Assembly: GCA_040954595.2 (NCBI GenBank)
Contig: CM082578.2
Location: forward strand, 8,293,519-8,357,518
Direction: 5' to 3'
DNA from: Balanoglossus misakiensis
Lineage: Eukaryota > Animalia > Hemichordata
Length of the DNA stretch: 64,000 nt
Shown: positions 15,101 through 27,390 of the stretch, piece by piece
Position numbering within the stretch: the first letter of the stretch is position 1
How the letters are laid out: every line of letters starts with the position of its first letter
The notes under the pieces: model-generated
Databases searched by the model: none
The model's input: only the letters and a program-made list of their open reading frames with translations
What the model was told of the DNA's origin: nothing
Translations under genes and position numbers: made by a program

Positions 15101-17857
15101 TTAACAAATGGCAGATAGATACAGCCTTTATAATAGTACGGGTTTCATATTCTATTTTTAATATCTGATAATGCAGCAGCCATCTAAAGTAATACATTTC
15201 AAGTCTTTCTGCAGCATGGTTATTACTGTTGCAATTATACGCATGCAATCAGTACAGAATTCAACATTTACATAATGATTAGTATATTTGTAGTTCTGGC
15301 TGCACACATAATGCATTATTCATTGTAGACTTTAAACACTTGTAGAGGGGATACACGCCGAATGTGTCAGACAGCAGCTCTACCCTCTCATGGCCTCAAT
15401 TATAACACCCCCATGTTTGAAATGGAATTGTCCATAAGAATTAAGGCTGTCTTCTGGGACTAAAAGGTGTTTTGACATTGGGTATTGTGTGATTTTGAAT
15501 GAGTACTAAACACATTATATTGTACCACATTTCAGTGCTAGCATTCATCCCACACGCATTGATCGTTGTCGAGTTATTTTTGACAAAAATGAAGTAATAT
15601 CAATCGTGCCATTGTGCTATCTGTGAATAGAAAATTGCTGGGAGTTTAATTCTCTTGACGATTTCACTGTTTGGCCAGTTACTTCAATTTACTCAACGGA
15701 TTATGAATATTTCATGAAGATGTGAATTGTCAGTGACAGTTTCATCATACTGTCGGTTTCAGTGGCCGAACATTTAGAATTTCCAGGGATGCAATAATAT
15801 AATTTTTTTAATGATTACCACAGCAGAGAATGTTTTCCTGTGAAGTCATCAGATATCACCTACTTTCGTTAACCTAAGTATATGTAGTTAATGTTACACC
15901 ATTCACCACCTGCATAGATTTTTTTTAGTTGCCAATTTTTATAATAGAAAGAGACTTTAAAACCTTGCTACATAATTTACCAGGTGAGGTTGGTTTTGAC
16001 AGGAAGTCAGTATGGTATGATGGGATAAACACTGATAAATGGTTCCAGTATTGATTGTTCAGTTCACACACAGTTCATACAAGCGCTGTTGACACAGTGT
16101 AGAAATTAGGCACTTTTCTGATTCATATTAGTATTCATTTCTATACTGTCTACTTAGATATCCTAGGAATTATGCTCTGTACTGTGGAAATACTGTAACT
16201 CCTGCAAAGGGCAAATTTGAAGGTACAGGTACAGTAGAGTGCAGTAGCACAGATGTACCTTAATATGAAATAGTTGTCAAAATTGGTCATTTCAACACAA
16301 TAGTTTATGTGACACCAGTTTTGGCTAGCCAATTTTTCGGCCACTCGCAAGTTGTTAAGAAGAGTTCATCTGACCAGATTTATGACTGTGCTAGATATGG
16401 AGTAATGAAAAGCCTGCGAATCATATAAAAGTACTTGTAATATTTCATAATGAATAAATTACATAGGTATTACTTATAAAATGTTTCTCCTCAGTTTGAT
16501 TTTCTCTTTTTTCGTCATCGAGACGTGTGCTGTATTGTGATTCAAATAAATCCCTCAGAACAGTTTTACGAAGGTGACCTTCGCTTTGTATCGGATCAAA
16601 TTGATCTCAAGCCATGATGCATGGTATTAGTTGTCATGACACCCAGTTGCTCAACTTTCCTGTCTGGTTCTGCATCATTACACCGTGTACCAACCGTCTG
16701 ATGCAGTGTTGATGGCTGTTGTAATGGCCATGGTGACAGTATTATGAGGTACATGCATGCAGGCACCTTGTTTGCTCGCATGGTGCCATTACACTCTTTC
16801 GTTTTACTGGCTACTTAGAGATTGTGCACATTTCAAATATACTCATGGCGAGCAAACTCTAATGGGGATAGGAGAGGGGTGCATGAAGTTCTATTTGAAT
16901 TATCATGCACTAATTCACTCAAAGTTTGAGGAGGGTGCTGGTAAATTTGCAAAAAGCATTACAGGTAATGCATTTTCAGTCTGCCAAATTTTCATGTAGG
17001 GAAGAATTGTTTGCGAGGTTGCGCATGTGTTATGATCTTGTTTGATGGTAATCATCATAGGACACCAATTAGCACAACAAGTTTTGAAAGTGTAGTTTTG
17101 GTAAAAGTCAGAGAGAGAGCATGCTGATATCTTTTTATCAGGTTTTTAGTTTGCTTTCGGCACAATTCCAAACGAGAGAATGGAACGTGCCTTGTGGTGT
17201 GGCTTAAACCAGTTCCAAGTTCTCGAGTGGGTACGAGTTTCCCCATCTATCCCAGAAGGCACCTGGTGTGTAGCAGTTCGTGATAGGTGAACAGCTGCCT
17301 GTGGGCTGTTAGAGGAGCTTTAACGCAGTTAGCAAGCTGTTCTTGGTCGCTAAAATGAAATTGAAACGAAGCTAGCCGGCAGTGCATGTGCATCTGAGAG
17401 AATATCAAAAGAAAGGGGAAGTGGGCTTGCAAAAGTGCAGTGAAATCAGAGTATCCTTTAGGTGCCAGCCCTCATCAATTGTAGGCAAGAAATGTTTCCA
17501 GGAGACCGTCATTTGCAGTGGACACATGACAGCATCCTCATATTAGCGTAGGTTGAAGGATGACTCTCCACGGACAAACCTAAGGACATATTTTCGCAAG
17601 ATAGCACTCGATAAATCATGATTATTTCGTAGTGGGAGAAAACAGATACAATCTGTGTAAGAAAAATCCATACTGAAAATACCCAAAGGAGTCCTTTCCA
17701 GTGACGTTTTCCTAGCAAGCAAAACTCAGCTAGCATGATCAATTGCTGTGTGTGTGCTTTTTTAAACTACAAAATTAATGTGAACCTGTTTCAAATATCA
17801 AAGAATTTTGCATAGGCCATACCAGTGTTTGAATTATCAATGCACGGTCATTCATCA

Positions 17858-18010
17858 AAGGTAGTGCATACCCCGGGAACAGATTTATCTGGATAAATGA
17901 TATCCCTCCAAACTTTTCATTTCTTTGATACAGTGTATATTAAAGTGTGTGACGTTTGGAGGACTATGATTATTTTTCTGTAAATCTGACCGAACGGCGC
18001 ATACTACCTT
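17858..18010. mobile_element. Degenerate MITE with AAGGTAGT...ACTACCTT ends
   Basis: AAGGTAGTgcatacccc...CAGATTTA and TAAATCTG...gcgcatACTACCTT form a decayed ~30-bp terminal inverted repeat; TTAA at the right end. Confidence 0.55.
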
Positions 18011-21000
18011 AATAATTTTCTATTCTCAACTTGTGTATAAAGAAAACTATTATTGCATTTTGAGTTTATGAACTTCTATAAATAGAAATCATAAAAAATT
18101 AACCTAGCAAGTATGTAGTTATCTTGTGGGGAGGGGGAAAATTCATTTTCAATAGAGTCAGGACAGAACTGGAAATTTCTGATTCTGATTTCTGGGGAAA
18201 ACTATAGTAACTGCTTAAAAAGCATTTTCAATCTTTGTCATATTTTTCTTGTTAATTCATTAACTTGCAGATTCACCCAAAAAATTACCAGCAAATAATT
18301 CGGCCCAAAGATAGAAAAAAATGATTGGAACCTTGTGTTTTGTTTGCAAGTGATTTTTGTCCATCCTATAAACCTATCAGCAGAGTTCTTCATTCCGATC
18401 GACTGTAATCAGCAGATCAATCAAAGCAGGAGATTTTGATTGTTAGGTGCATACAGAGCTGATGGGTCCCCATTGTTAGCTCAACAGACAGACTGTGAAA
18501 CATTGTTACGGTCAGAAAAAGGGTGCAGAGCATTTCAATACAGAAATCACACCCCAGCCCTTGTCTTTAAATCTACCCTACTCACACCCCATGTCATTAA
18601 TTTATTGAGACTGATTGCTAAATCCTGTGCTTGATGGGAGTTGAATCTTTTATTCAAAGTATTATTAGGCTGCAGTTATCAAGAACTACCCTATATTATT
18701 AATATTATTTTAGTGCAGCGATAAATTTTTATGGATTACTACATAATGATTTTATGATTAATAGTCTGTGGGGCAGTTATAAGATGTATGTTAAACATTG
18801 GAATAACCGCATTTTATTCATAGAAACAGTCATATTTTATAACAATTTCCAACTGTCATCACAAATTATAAAGTTTAAGACGTGAACATATTGTCAGCCT
18901 CAGAAGTCTCTTTGGTTGCACCAGAACGTCGTCAAACCTTGAAGATGAAACGAAAAATGATGATTATAAGTTTGTAGTCATGTGATGGTTAAAAAAGTTT
19001 TCCCCCTTGGTAGCCTCTCTTTCATCTGTGAAAAATTCATGAGAGCGTGAAATGATTATTTTTCTTGAATTATTCAGATTAAAACAGCCGAGTCATGGAA
19101 AAATTCTGTCATGACTGCGTGTGAATTGAATGATTAGAGAAAATGGCAACAGTTGTGTATGCTTTTGTCAGAAGGCAGTCAGAAGAATTTTAATTGAAAT
19201 TTTTAAAATGTTTTCTTTCGGTTCTCTTACTTTGTATTTTATTTCTTGTCGTGCATCTGTAATCTTATCAAAGTGGATGCAGATATTCCATTATTTTTTC
19301 TGCCTACATTTAAATGCCTGTTATTGATACTTGATACGTAGAAAAGCTTATCATATCAAGTATCATGGCAAATTATGAACTAGTCGTATGCCCCCAGGCA
19401 ATTTTACAATTGGCTGGGTTGCCTTTTTTTTTTACATCCTGTCTGTGCAAGACATGCAGAAATAAATGGAAACATCCTTGTCCTTTTCTTTCAAACATTG
19501 TTGTTTCCATTCGGATTCCTTGTGTGATCAGATGTTACCAATGTCATATTTTATTCGCAGGGATGAAATTTTATTAATTGTTCTGTCATACGATATAAAC
19601 GCAATTTGACATGGTAGCTTCCAAAAAGTAGTACAAGTTATGAATAAAACATACAAAAGTGAAAACAGGATTGATCAATTCCCCAAACGTGTCGCTAGGG
19701 TGTGCAGCATACAAAGAATTTCATGTTTTGAAATAGTCATGTATATATGTAGGCATGTTTTTATGTAGAAATGTCACATGCCATAAACAGAGATATTTAC
19801 GAGTTTATTAATTGGCGATGCATAGAATTTACATTTTAATGAACGGAATAGAAGTAAAATATTTATAAAGGGGCTCCCAAGGGATCTGCTACTATCTCAG
19901 AATTATTTGTTGATCCTTATGAAAATGTAACATTTAAGCCATGATAGATTGCCATGTTGGGATGTTTCAGGATAATTGAAGGTGAGATGGTATGGTGGAA
20001 TATTGACAACTGGGAGAGTTGTCTGGGTTTACTGTGGAATGGCCATCAGTGATGTTCCTTGGATGGTACTGTGAAAGTTGGGAAGATTTTCTGTAATGCC
20101 TCGTGCAATGCGGAGTGTACGTGTAATGTGTGTCTGTGATATAGAAGTTTGATACCCAGAGTAGTGTATGGCAGTTGTATCTATAATATATGCATTGAGA
20201 GGTGTCAGAAATTATACGTTTTTTTTGTGATTTCTGCGGAGAAAATCATGGAAAATTTAATATACACCATGTTCCATGCTTTTCCCGTAACGGGAGGCCA
20301 TGGACAGGATGAAATGATCCATGATATTCTTATTGAGTATCAGATAGGATTTATACATAATCCCATAACTGTGTATTATATGATATTTGCAGCCCAGTCG
20401 CTTTTCCTCTGCCGAACACTGCAGTTTTCATATTCCAACCACACTTGTACCATCTAATGCAGTGTGGAATTTTCCATGGTTTCCTGGAGAATATGCTATT
20501 AATGGGAGAGAACTCCTCAGAATGGGATCATTAAGTTTCATTATTTGCAAGTACTGCTCCATGAAATACAATCCATCTTCAAGACCATATCTAGCCGACG
20601 GTACTGAGATTTTATTTCACTTCTCAGAGAAAAAGTCTGCCATTCGATACCTGACATATAGTACGTTGGCATTTTATATGGGTTCTGGTGTTTTATTAGG
20701 TGACTTCTTGCATTTAAAGACAGGTATGCAGAACATTGTGATCAACAATGCGGATGGAACTGCCTATAAGGCTGCCAAATGTTCCTTTAGAGCACTATAA
20801 ACAGTGGAATGCTTTTGGTGGAAGTTTTACCAAATCACCCTTTACTCATTTGCAGAGAACTTTTGGGATCCTCAACCCGCATACATAATTTAAAATGAAT
20901 CCACAATGCACATGTAGACATTGTAGAAAACATGGGTGCATCTGTGTATGCATTAGCGACAAATTTTTATGTAAAGTTGCTGTTTTGTGTGCATTATAAT

Positions 21001-24000
21001 ATGCTGTGTGAAAACCTTTGGGACACTTGGACGTCCCATTGACCAATAGCTGGCAACAGAAAGACTGCCAATTTGCTCGTGTTTGGAGAACTTTAAGGTC
21101 AGTATTCCCTGCAAATCCAGGCCATCATGTCCGACTCACACGTAGAGACTGCTCGAACCAGAAAGTACCAACAAGGTAGGAGTTCTGGTTGATTTTGGTG
21201 TGTTAAAAAAATAAATTGACCACCATTTTATATGCTACGTGTACACAAATGTTATTGTTGGTTTGGTAGGATTTTCATTCTTGTAGAGAGATCTTCACAA
21301 AGGAATATGCCACGGAGTAATGGTTTATTAAGAAAAAAACACCATTGTTGTGAATTGTCTAGAGTACTCTCTGAGGACACTCAAAGAACTGGCCAACCCT
21401 GCTGACAATGCAGGTGTGAACTGTGCAGCCAGACATATCAATTACAATGCACTTGTATGTCACATATACTGATAAACGTTGAATCTCTTGTATGTTTTTC
21501 CTATGTGTGCACTTAGTATATATCAAGAAGATAGCAAGTCTCGCACAGTAAGATTTGAATGATGCGTCCAACTTTTACCTGCAGATATTGACAATTCAGA
21601 TCAGTTTTTCTGTGGTGAAAAGCAGTCTGTTCTAATTACCAATATGAGAACGCCCGTGGCCTTATCTAATTCATAACCGTGGCGACCTTTGCAAAAAAGT
21701 GTGCCGAAGAAGTGACAGAGACGAACAGCCGTGCATTTCACTGAAAACTGTACGAGTGTAGCCTGCAGATATAATACATGTTATGCAATTGAATCACAGT
21801 CCATTTACTCGAAAGTTGCAATTTAATTTAATCAATGTACCTGAAGGCACCCAGAAAGTAATGTTTGTTTCTCTTTCTGGTGCTAACTTTATTATAAAAT
21901 TGATGCAGTGATGCATTTCACAAGAACTGCAATGCCATCAGTGAACTTTCTCATTTTAACCACCTCGTCACCCAACGTACATTAACCCTGTTCAGTATTC
22001 ATTTAGTTGGATGCTCAGATAATTAGATGGGAGAGGCGTAGCTGGGATTTTAGATGCGCAAGTTGATAATGCTCACGAGCTCACATCGAGGTCAAAGAGG
22101 TCATGCCCACATCCTGATTGTCACTTGTCCTGAAACCAACTTGATGAGCAGATTTTGTATATCAGAGGGAAAATATGATTTTTTTTTTTAAAATAAGTTT
22201 TTTTTTTGTGAGACTTTTATCATTTTCTCAGTTTGAATCAAATTATTCCGATCTGCTGTAAGCTCTGCCAGCTTGCGAAATGTATTCATGAGAACAATTT
22301 TGAGGCTTTATATAGCTGGTGTGGTAATCACATTTTAGTTGTCAGATCAGTCACTGTCTTAGTCCATTATTGGCATTCATCCAGTGAATTGACATTGACA
22401 ACAAATTGATAGGATTGAATTAACTTGACACTGGTTCAGTTGAGAGAAATTTTACATCATTATACCGTAGCAAGTGCAAATACACATGTGCATTTGACAT
22501 ATTGTAATGTGTTTTTACAGCCTGGGTTTCTGGGCAACCAGGACTGTACGCTGATTTAAGAATGTTTTGAAATCAATTATTTGACGCTCATTTATGGTTT
22601 TTGGCCATCCATAAATCCTGTTTAAGGTTTTGTCACTTCATATGCGTTCAAGTAATTTTATGATTTATTTGACCAATAATTCAACAAATTTATATATTAC
22701 CTTAAATTCAGGTTTATGTAAATTACCAAGACTTCTCAGTGTGTAATAAAAGCCAGATGATATCATTGAAACATCAATAAAGTATTGTTAATATTTTGGT
22801 GTATAAATTGTTAACACTGAGTATTGAATTAACTATTCTGTTGATATCACTTTGAGCTGAAGTTGCTAATCAACAGCATTGAATACTGCATTCGCCCTGA
22901 CTAGACCCGACTAACCTAGAGATAACATGGACACATTTTAATCGCAAATCCCAACTCTCAGATCGTAATTAGGTATTGTCACCCTGAAAGTAAGCGATAA
23001 CTAACGCGAAACGAGATAAAGAGTCTGTAGACGTGTTGTTAGGTAAATCGTGGAATTTTTCCACATTATACAGGTTATGGCCTTATCCGAATTGCCTGGC
23101 CTGGATTACTTTGGATCTGATATGACTCAATAGGTCCGTATTATCAGTTGTTACAGCTAAAGTGTACAGGAGATTGCTATTGGCATCTGGGCTTTAGATT
23201 GAGTCTTCGAGTCACCAGACTGTCTGTCAACCGGACTGGATCGCTTTTCAAATTATCCTGGTAGAAGATCGGTATGCGTTATATACAGCCACTGTCGCAA
23301 TACCTGGCCGCCACCCCATCGATGTTCTGGAAATGATGGCATGATTACAGCCATCTTTCTGTTTGAAGAGCTCAATTAGTCCACTCTCTAGAGATTCCAT
23401 ATTGACCTTGTTAGAGACATCTGCTGGACTGCTCGGGTCTCCTAAGGTTGCAATTACTGATGGGTATATGTACCGGTACATCTATTTGTAATATATGTCA
23501 CAAGACTGCAGATTCAGTTGATTTTTGTGTGCATGGTCACTCAGAAATTCAAACGCATGTTTGTCTGGAGCCTTGTAAACTGTATTACATTGTATTTTGT
23601 ACGTGTCTGAATCAATTTCTTCACTCAGCAGATGATACAAAACTTGTGAAATAAATGCTGAATGAATTTTTTTTTGTCTTTTCAAGATAAAAATGTTATT
23701 TTACCTAATTTAACTCTCAACCATGCTTGAACAGTTTGCAAGGAAATGTAAAGTTAGTTTTTATTCCACAGAAAAAATATTTGTTGAATACGTTATAAGC
23801 TTTCATTCATGCTCGAAATTATTCTTTAACTACTGCATTGTCTGCAGCACTCGGTATTTTACTGTTTCATGCGATCATAGAATGCACCCTGCTTAGAGTA
23901 GACCACTTGAAAAATTAAATTGCCGAAGCAGAGGATGAGCCTTTGTACTCGAGCCTCTTTCATCTCCATACTGTCTCTTGTGTTTCCTTCAAGTATTGAT

Positions 24001-25741
24001 TGATGGGACGCGGTCGTTCACGACTACAGCTGCTCCCCCACAGGGCTGACACGGCAACGGGCCTCCTTGAAGACGCGTGTAGTGGGTGGTTTGCATCCGC
24101 CTCCCTGGTTTTTGCATCGCTCAGACTTGCAATTGTCTAGCGGCATGTCGCAAACAAGGCGGTTATTATAATTTTATATGCACGTCAGGAGGAAGCTCTG
24201 TTTGCCTGACATTGTTCGGGCTGATCTGCCGCTGTTATCTTTACTCATTCATCTTGTTAGCGGGGCGGCGCAAACATCGAATTCCTGCGGTCTGCATTGG
24301 CCGGTTATCCCGGCAACCATCGTATCAAGCTGTAGGCGATAGCAACAGCGCCATACTGCATCTGAATTTTGATGAACTCTTGAAATTTACTTTTATCACC
24401 CTCCCTAAAAGTACATGCATGTGTGACGTCTGAGCATAATTTGAGAGAGTGCGTAACAATTCATGCCAGATAAAAATAAATAACAAAGTATTAATTCTTC
24501 CTCTGTACTTAATTCTTACCATCTGCTAGATTTAGTGGCTAGTGTTCTAGCTCTCTTGATCAAAGCCACAAAATATGACGTCAACTCAAGTCTATACTCT
24601 TCACACAAAGACTGGCTATGATGTAATGAATACAAGACACCTCAAAATTTAAATACAAACCATCACAGGTAACTTGTTTCTATCCCAATGACGTGAGACA
24701 TTGCCTCTTAAGTCTCCCAGCATGCAACAGCCTCCATGGTTACTCGCCTGTGACTCCATCAGAGAAACTAGCAGAGGCTTTCAACGTAATTGTGATGATT
24801 TTATTGACAGCCCATGGAGATTCCTGTTATATATATTAATTGGTATTATGTATTTCCAGTGATGCACGCAACCACTTACAGTAGAAAAGAAGACCGTGTT
24901 TTCATAGTACACAATTACTGAATCAGCAAATTTGAACGTTAAAGAAGTAAATGGAAGCATTTGATACATAACTGCAGACACTTTTTTTATAGTGAGCATT
25001 CCAAGTGAAAATTCAAAGTACTTTGCCCAAGCAACCTTTTTTGAAGTACAATGTATATAGTTAGCTTTTAATAGTCTCACGTAACAGTTTACAATTTTGA
25101 AAAGGCATAATGTCTTTTAACGCAGAGTGCCAAATGGATGTTAAATTCTGAATTCGATGCCATATTGAAAAAGTTTATGGTGATACAATATCCTCTACTG
25201 ACTTGAATCCATTTTTGCTAGCCAAATTGTTTATTTCAGATGGGGGTGGCCATAGGGGTGGGAAGAGAGAGGATACCCAGACCGACCTATACTAAGGCCA
25301 AGGCGTGCGGGCCAGTATTATCCAAATACCCAAACAAATTACAAAAAGAATGTGTGATGTGTCTTTAGTGCGGAAAATGCTTCTAATACAATATTCATAT
25401 CATGTCTGTAGCTTTGGAACATCTGACATGGCCGCAAGGTTCTATTACTTCAAATATATACAGAAGAATATCAAATTTGCTGACTTTTTTTTTATTTCAT
25501 CTGGCTGACTCATTCCTGGTGTGAAGCAATCATATTGTACCCCAAATCCATCTATTTAATATGGCTTATTGTACATGCCATAAAAGAATGTTCTGAAGTA
25601 AGGCCATCACTTTTCTGCTCAACTGCTTTCAGATGCAAATTTGAATCATTAGGGGACCAAGCGCCCTCAGGCGCTTGGTCCCCTTCTGTTATTGCTGGAG
25701 TTTTTCTTCTTTCTTCTTGAGTCGTTTTTTTGCTCCCGTTT

Positions 25742-25993
25742 TTCTCAAAATCAACGTGGCCTAGGACCTTGAAATTTGGCACGATGGTCGGAGCCCATGA
25801 GTACTGGTGCACCTGCCCTTTGAATTTGTAATTAGTCACGTGACTTGGTGGCTATAATCGATCGAAATTTTCAAATTGACCTAATTTACACGTTAATGGG
25901 GGCATGTACATTCTTTTCGCGATTTTTGTAGACCATGTGGCCAAAATACCCTGTGCCAAATTTCAAGGTCCTAGGCCACGTCGATTTTGAGAA
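25742..25993. repeat. 41-bp inverted repeat (1 mismatch) with 170-bp spacer inside the Helentron-like element
   Basis: 25742-25782 versus 25953-25993. Confidence 0.9.
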
Positions 25994-26534
25994 GAAGATT
26001 TTTGTAATATTATTCGCATTTTTTGGTGGGCTGAGGACGGACACTGGGGCATCGGACTTTGACCGTCATTACGTAATGTTGTGGAGATCTCATTAGCAGG
26101 GTACTCACTTCTGGCGGGTTGCAGTAGTCCTTGGAAAATCGGCTGAAATACTAAACTGACCAGTGATTATTTTCCACGGAATGAATTTTGGGACAACACA
26201 TTATCGGAGTTCAGGCTGTGTTAGGGCGTTTTATTGAATTACGCTGAGTTTGTTAGCTGTTGCCGTTCAAATGTTTCTATCCAGACCCGGCTACACTGGT
26301 TAACATTCAATGTAATGCGGCGGCAGACTTTGACCCTCAGTCGCTAATGTGGCCGAAATACATCAGAAGACCAGTGATTTTCTTGCACGTAGGGAGTATG
26401 GTACCAGCAATAATCAGAGATCAGGCTTCGTTGCCGTTCAAAAGCTCCTACTTCAGTCGTGACGTTACAACTGGACGGTCAGTACGGGGTCGGCCCACAG
26501 GTGGCCGTGGGGGTTATCAGGTCGCCCGTAATGG

Positions 26535-27390
26535 CACGCAGCTTCATGCAGCTGTATGGGACCAAAATACTAGTAATACGCCCGATTCGGGGGTCACCTG
26601 TGACACCTGTGTAACTCAATTATGTGCATGCGTAATTGTGGAGTCAATGATAGGGATGCTAGCGTGGTATTTGTTGCACATGGATCAATTTGAAGTCCGA
26701 TTTTCCTGTCAAGTTATGGCCGACCTTATGTGACATTTCACCTACTTTTGCTTAGTGAGCATCCACAGCAGATGCATGCAGCTTTGGCGTTGGGGGGGGG
26801 GGGGGGGGGGGTGGGGGGGCATATACGGATGGGACCATAATGATATACCAAAGGCGGGGTCCCCTGTTGCACCTGCCTAAGTCATTGATTTTGTACATTT
26901 AATTGGACACTAACCAACAGGGCAATATGTGTGGTTTTTGTTCCACAGGGACGAATGTAAGTGTCAGTTTGTTTTTGCCCAAATGTATACGTTGATTTGG
27001 ATGACCTATGTCGTACAGTGCCATATCTCAGCCCGTTGTACAGGTGCAGCTTTGGTATTTGGAGGGATGAAACTATCATGAAATGTCAAATACAGGGGGA
27101 TACCTGCGACACCTGCTTGATTCATGTATTACGTGCATACCTAATGGTAGGCAAAGTGAAATGGTTGCAAATGTACGATTTGTTGCACATGACATAAACA
27201 GGAATGAACATTTTTTGGGTGACCTCAGGTGTCCATTGACCTGCTTTCCATATGTTAGCACGCACATCATATATAGCCAGGTGTTTGGAGGTGTAGGGTA
27301 GGACCCTCTGCGTCATGAAATGCTAAATTCCTGGGGCCACCTGTAACTTACTCGCGTAACTCATTATTATGGCCATATCTAATTTGACAA
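26535..27390 (+). repeat. Degenerate tandem array, about 4 units of ~240-265 bp, inside the Helentron-like element
   Basis: Recurring GGGG(T/C/A)(C/T)(A/C)CCTG..(C)ACCTG...TCA motif near 26590, 26856, 27095 and 27333, each preceded by a (G)CAGCT(T/G)T- or CAGGTGTTTGG-like segment. Confidence 0.7.
26792..26819 (+). repeat. Poly-G tract (G20-T-G7)
   Basis: Direct reading. Similar tracts at 8103-8119, 10917-10936 and 41076-41088. Confidence 0.9.

Noticed and set aside
23248-23481. 77-aa minus-strand ORF with protein-like composition
   Set aside because: No family motif recognised and no convincing splice partners.
26260-27316. ORFs inside the Helentron-like element
   Set aside because: No HUH/Rep, helicase or endonuclease motifs; short and in inconsistent frames.
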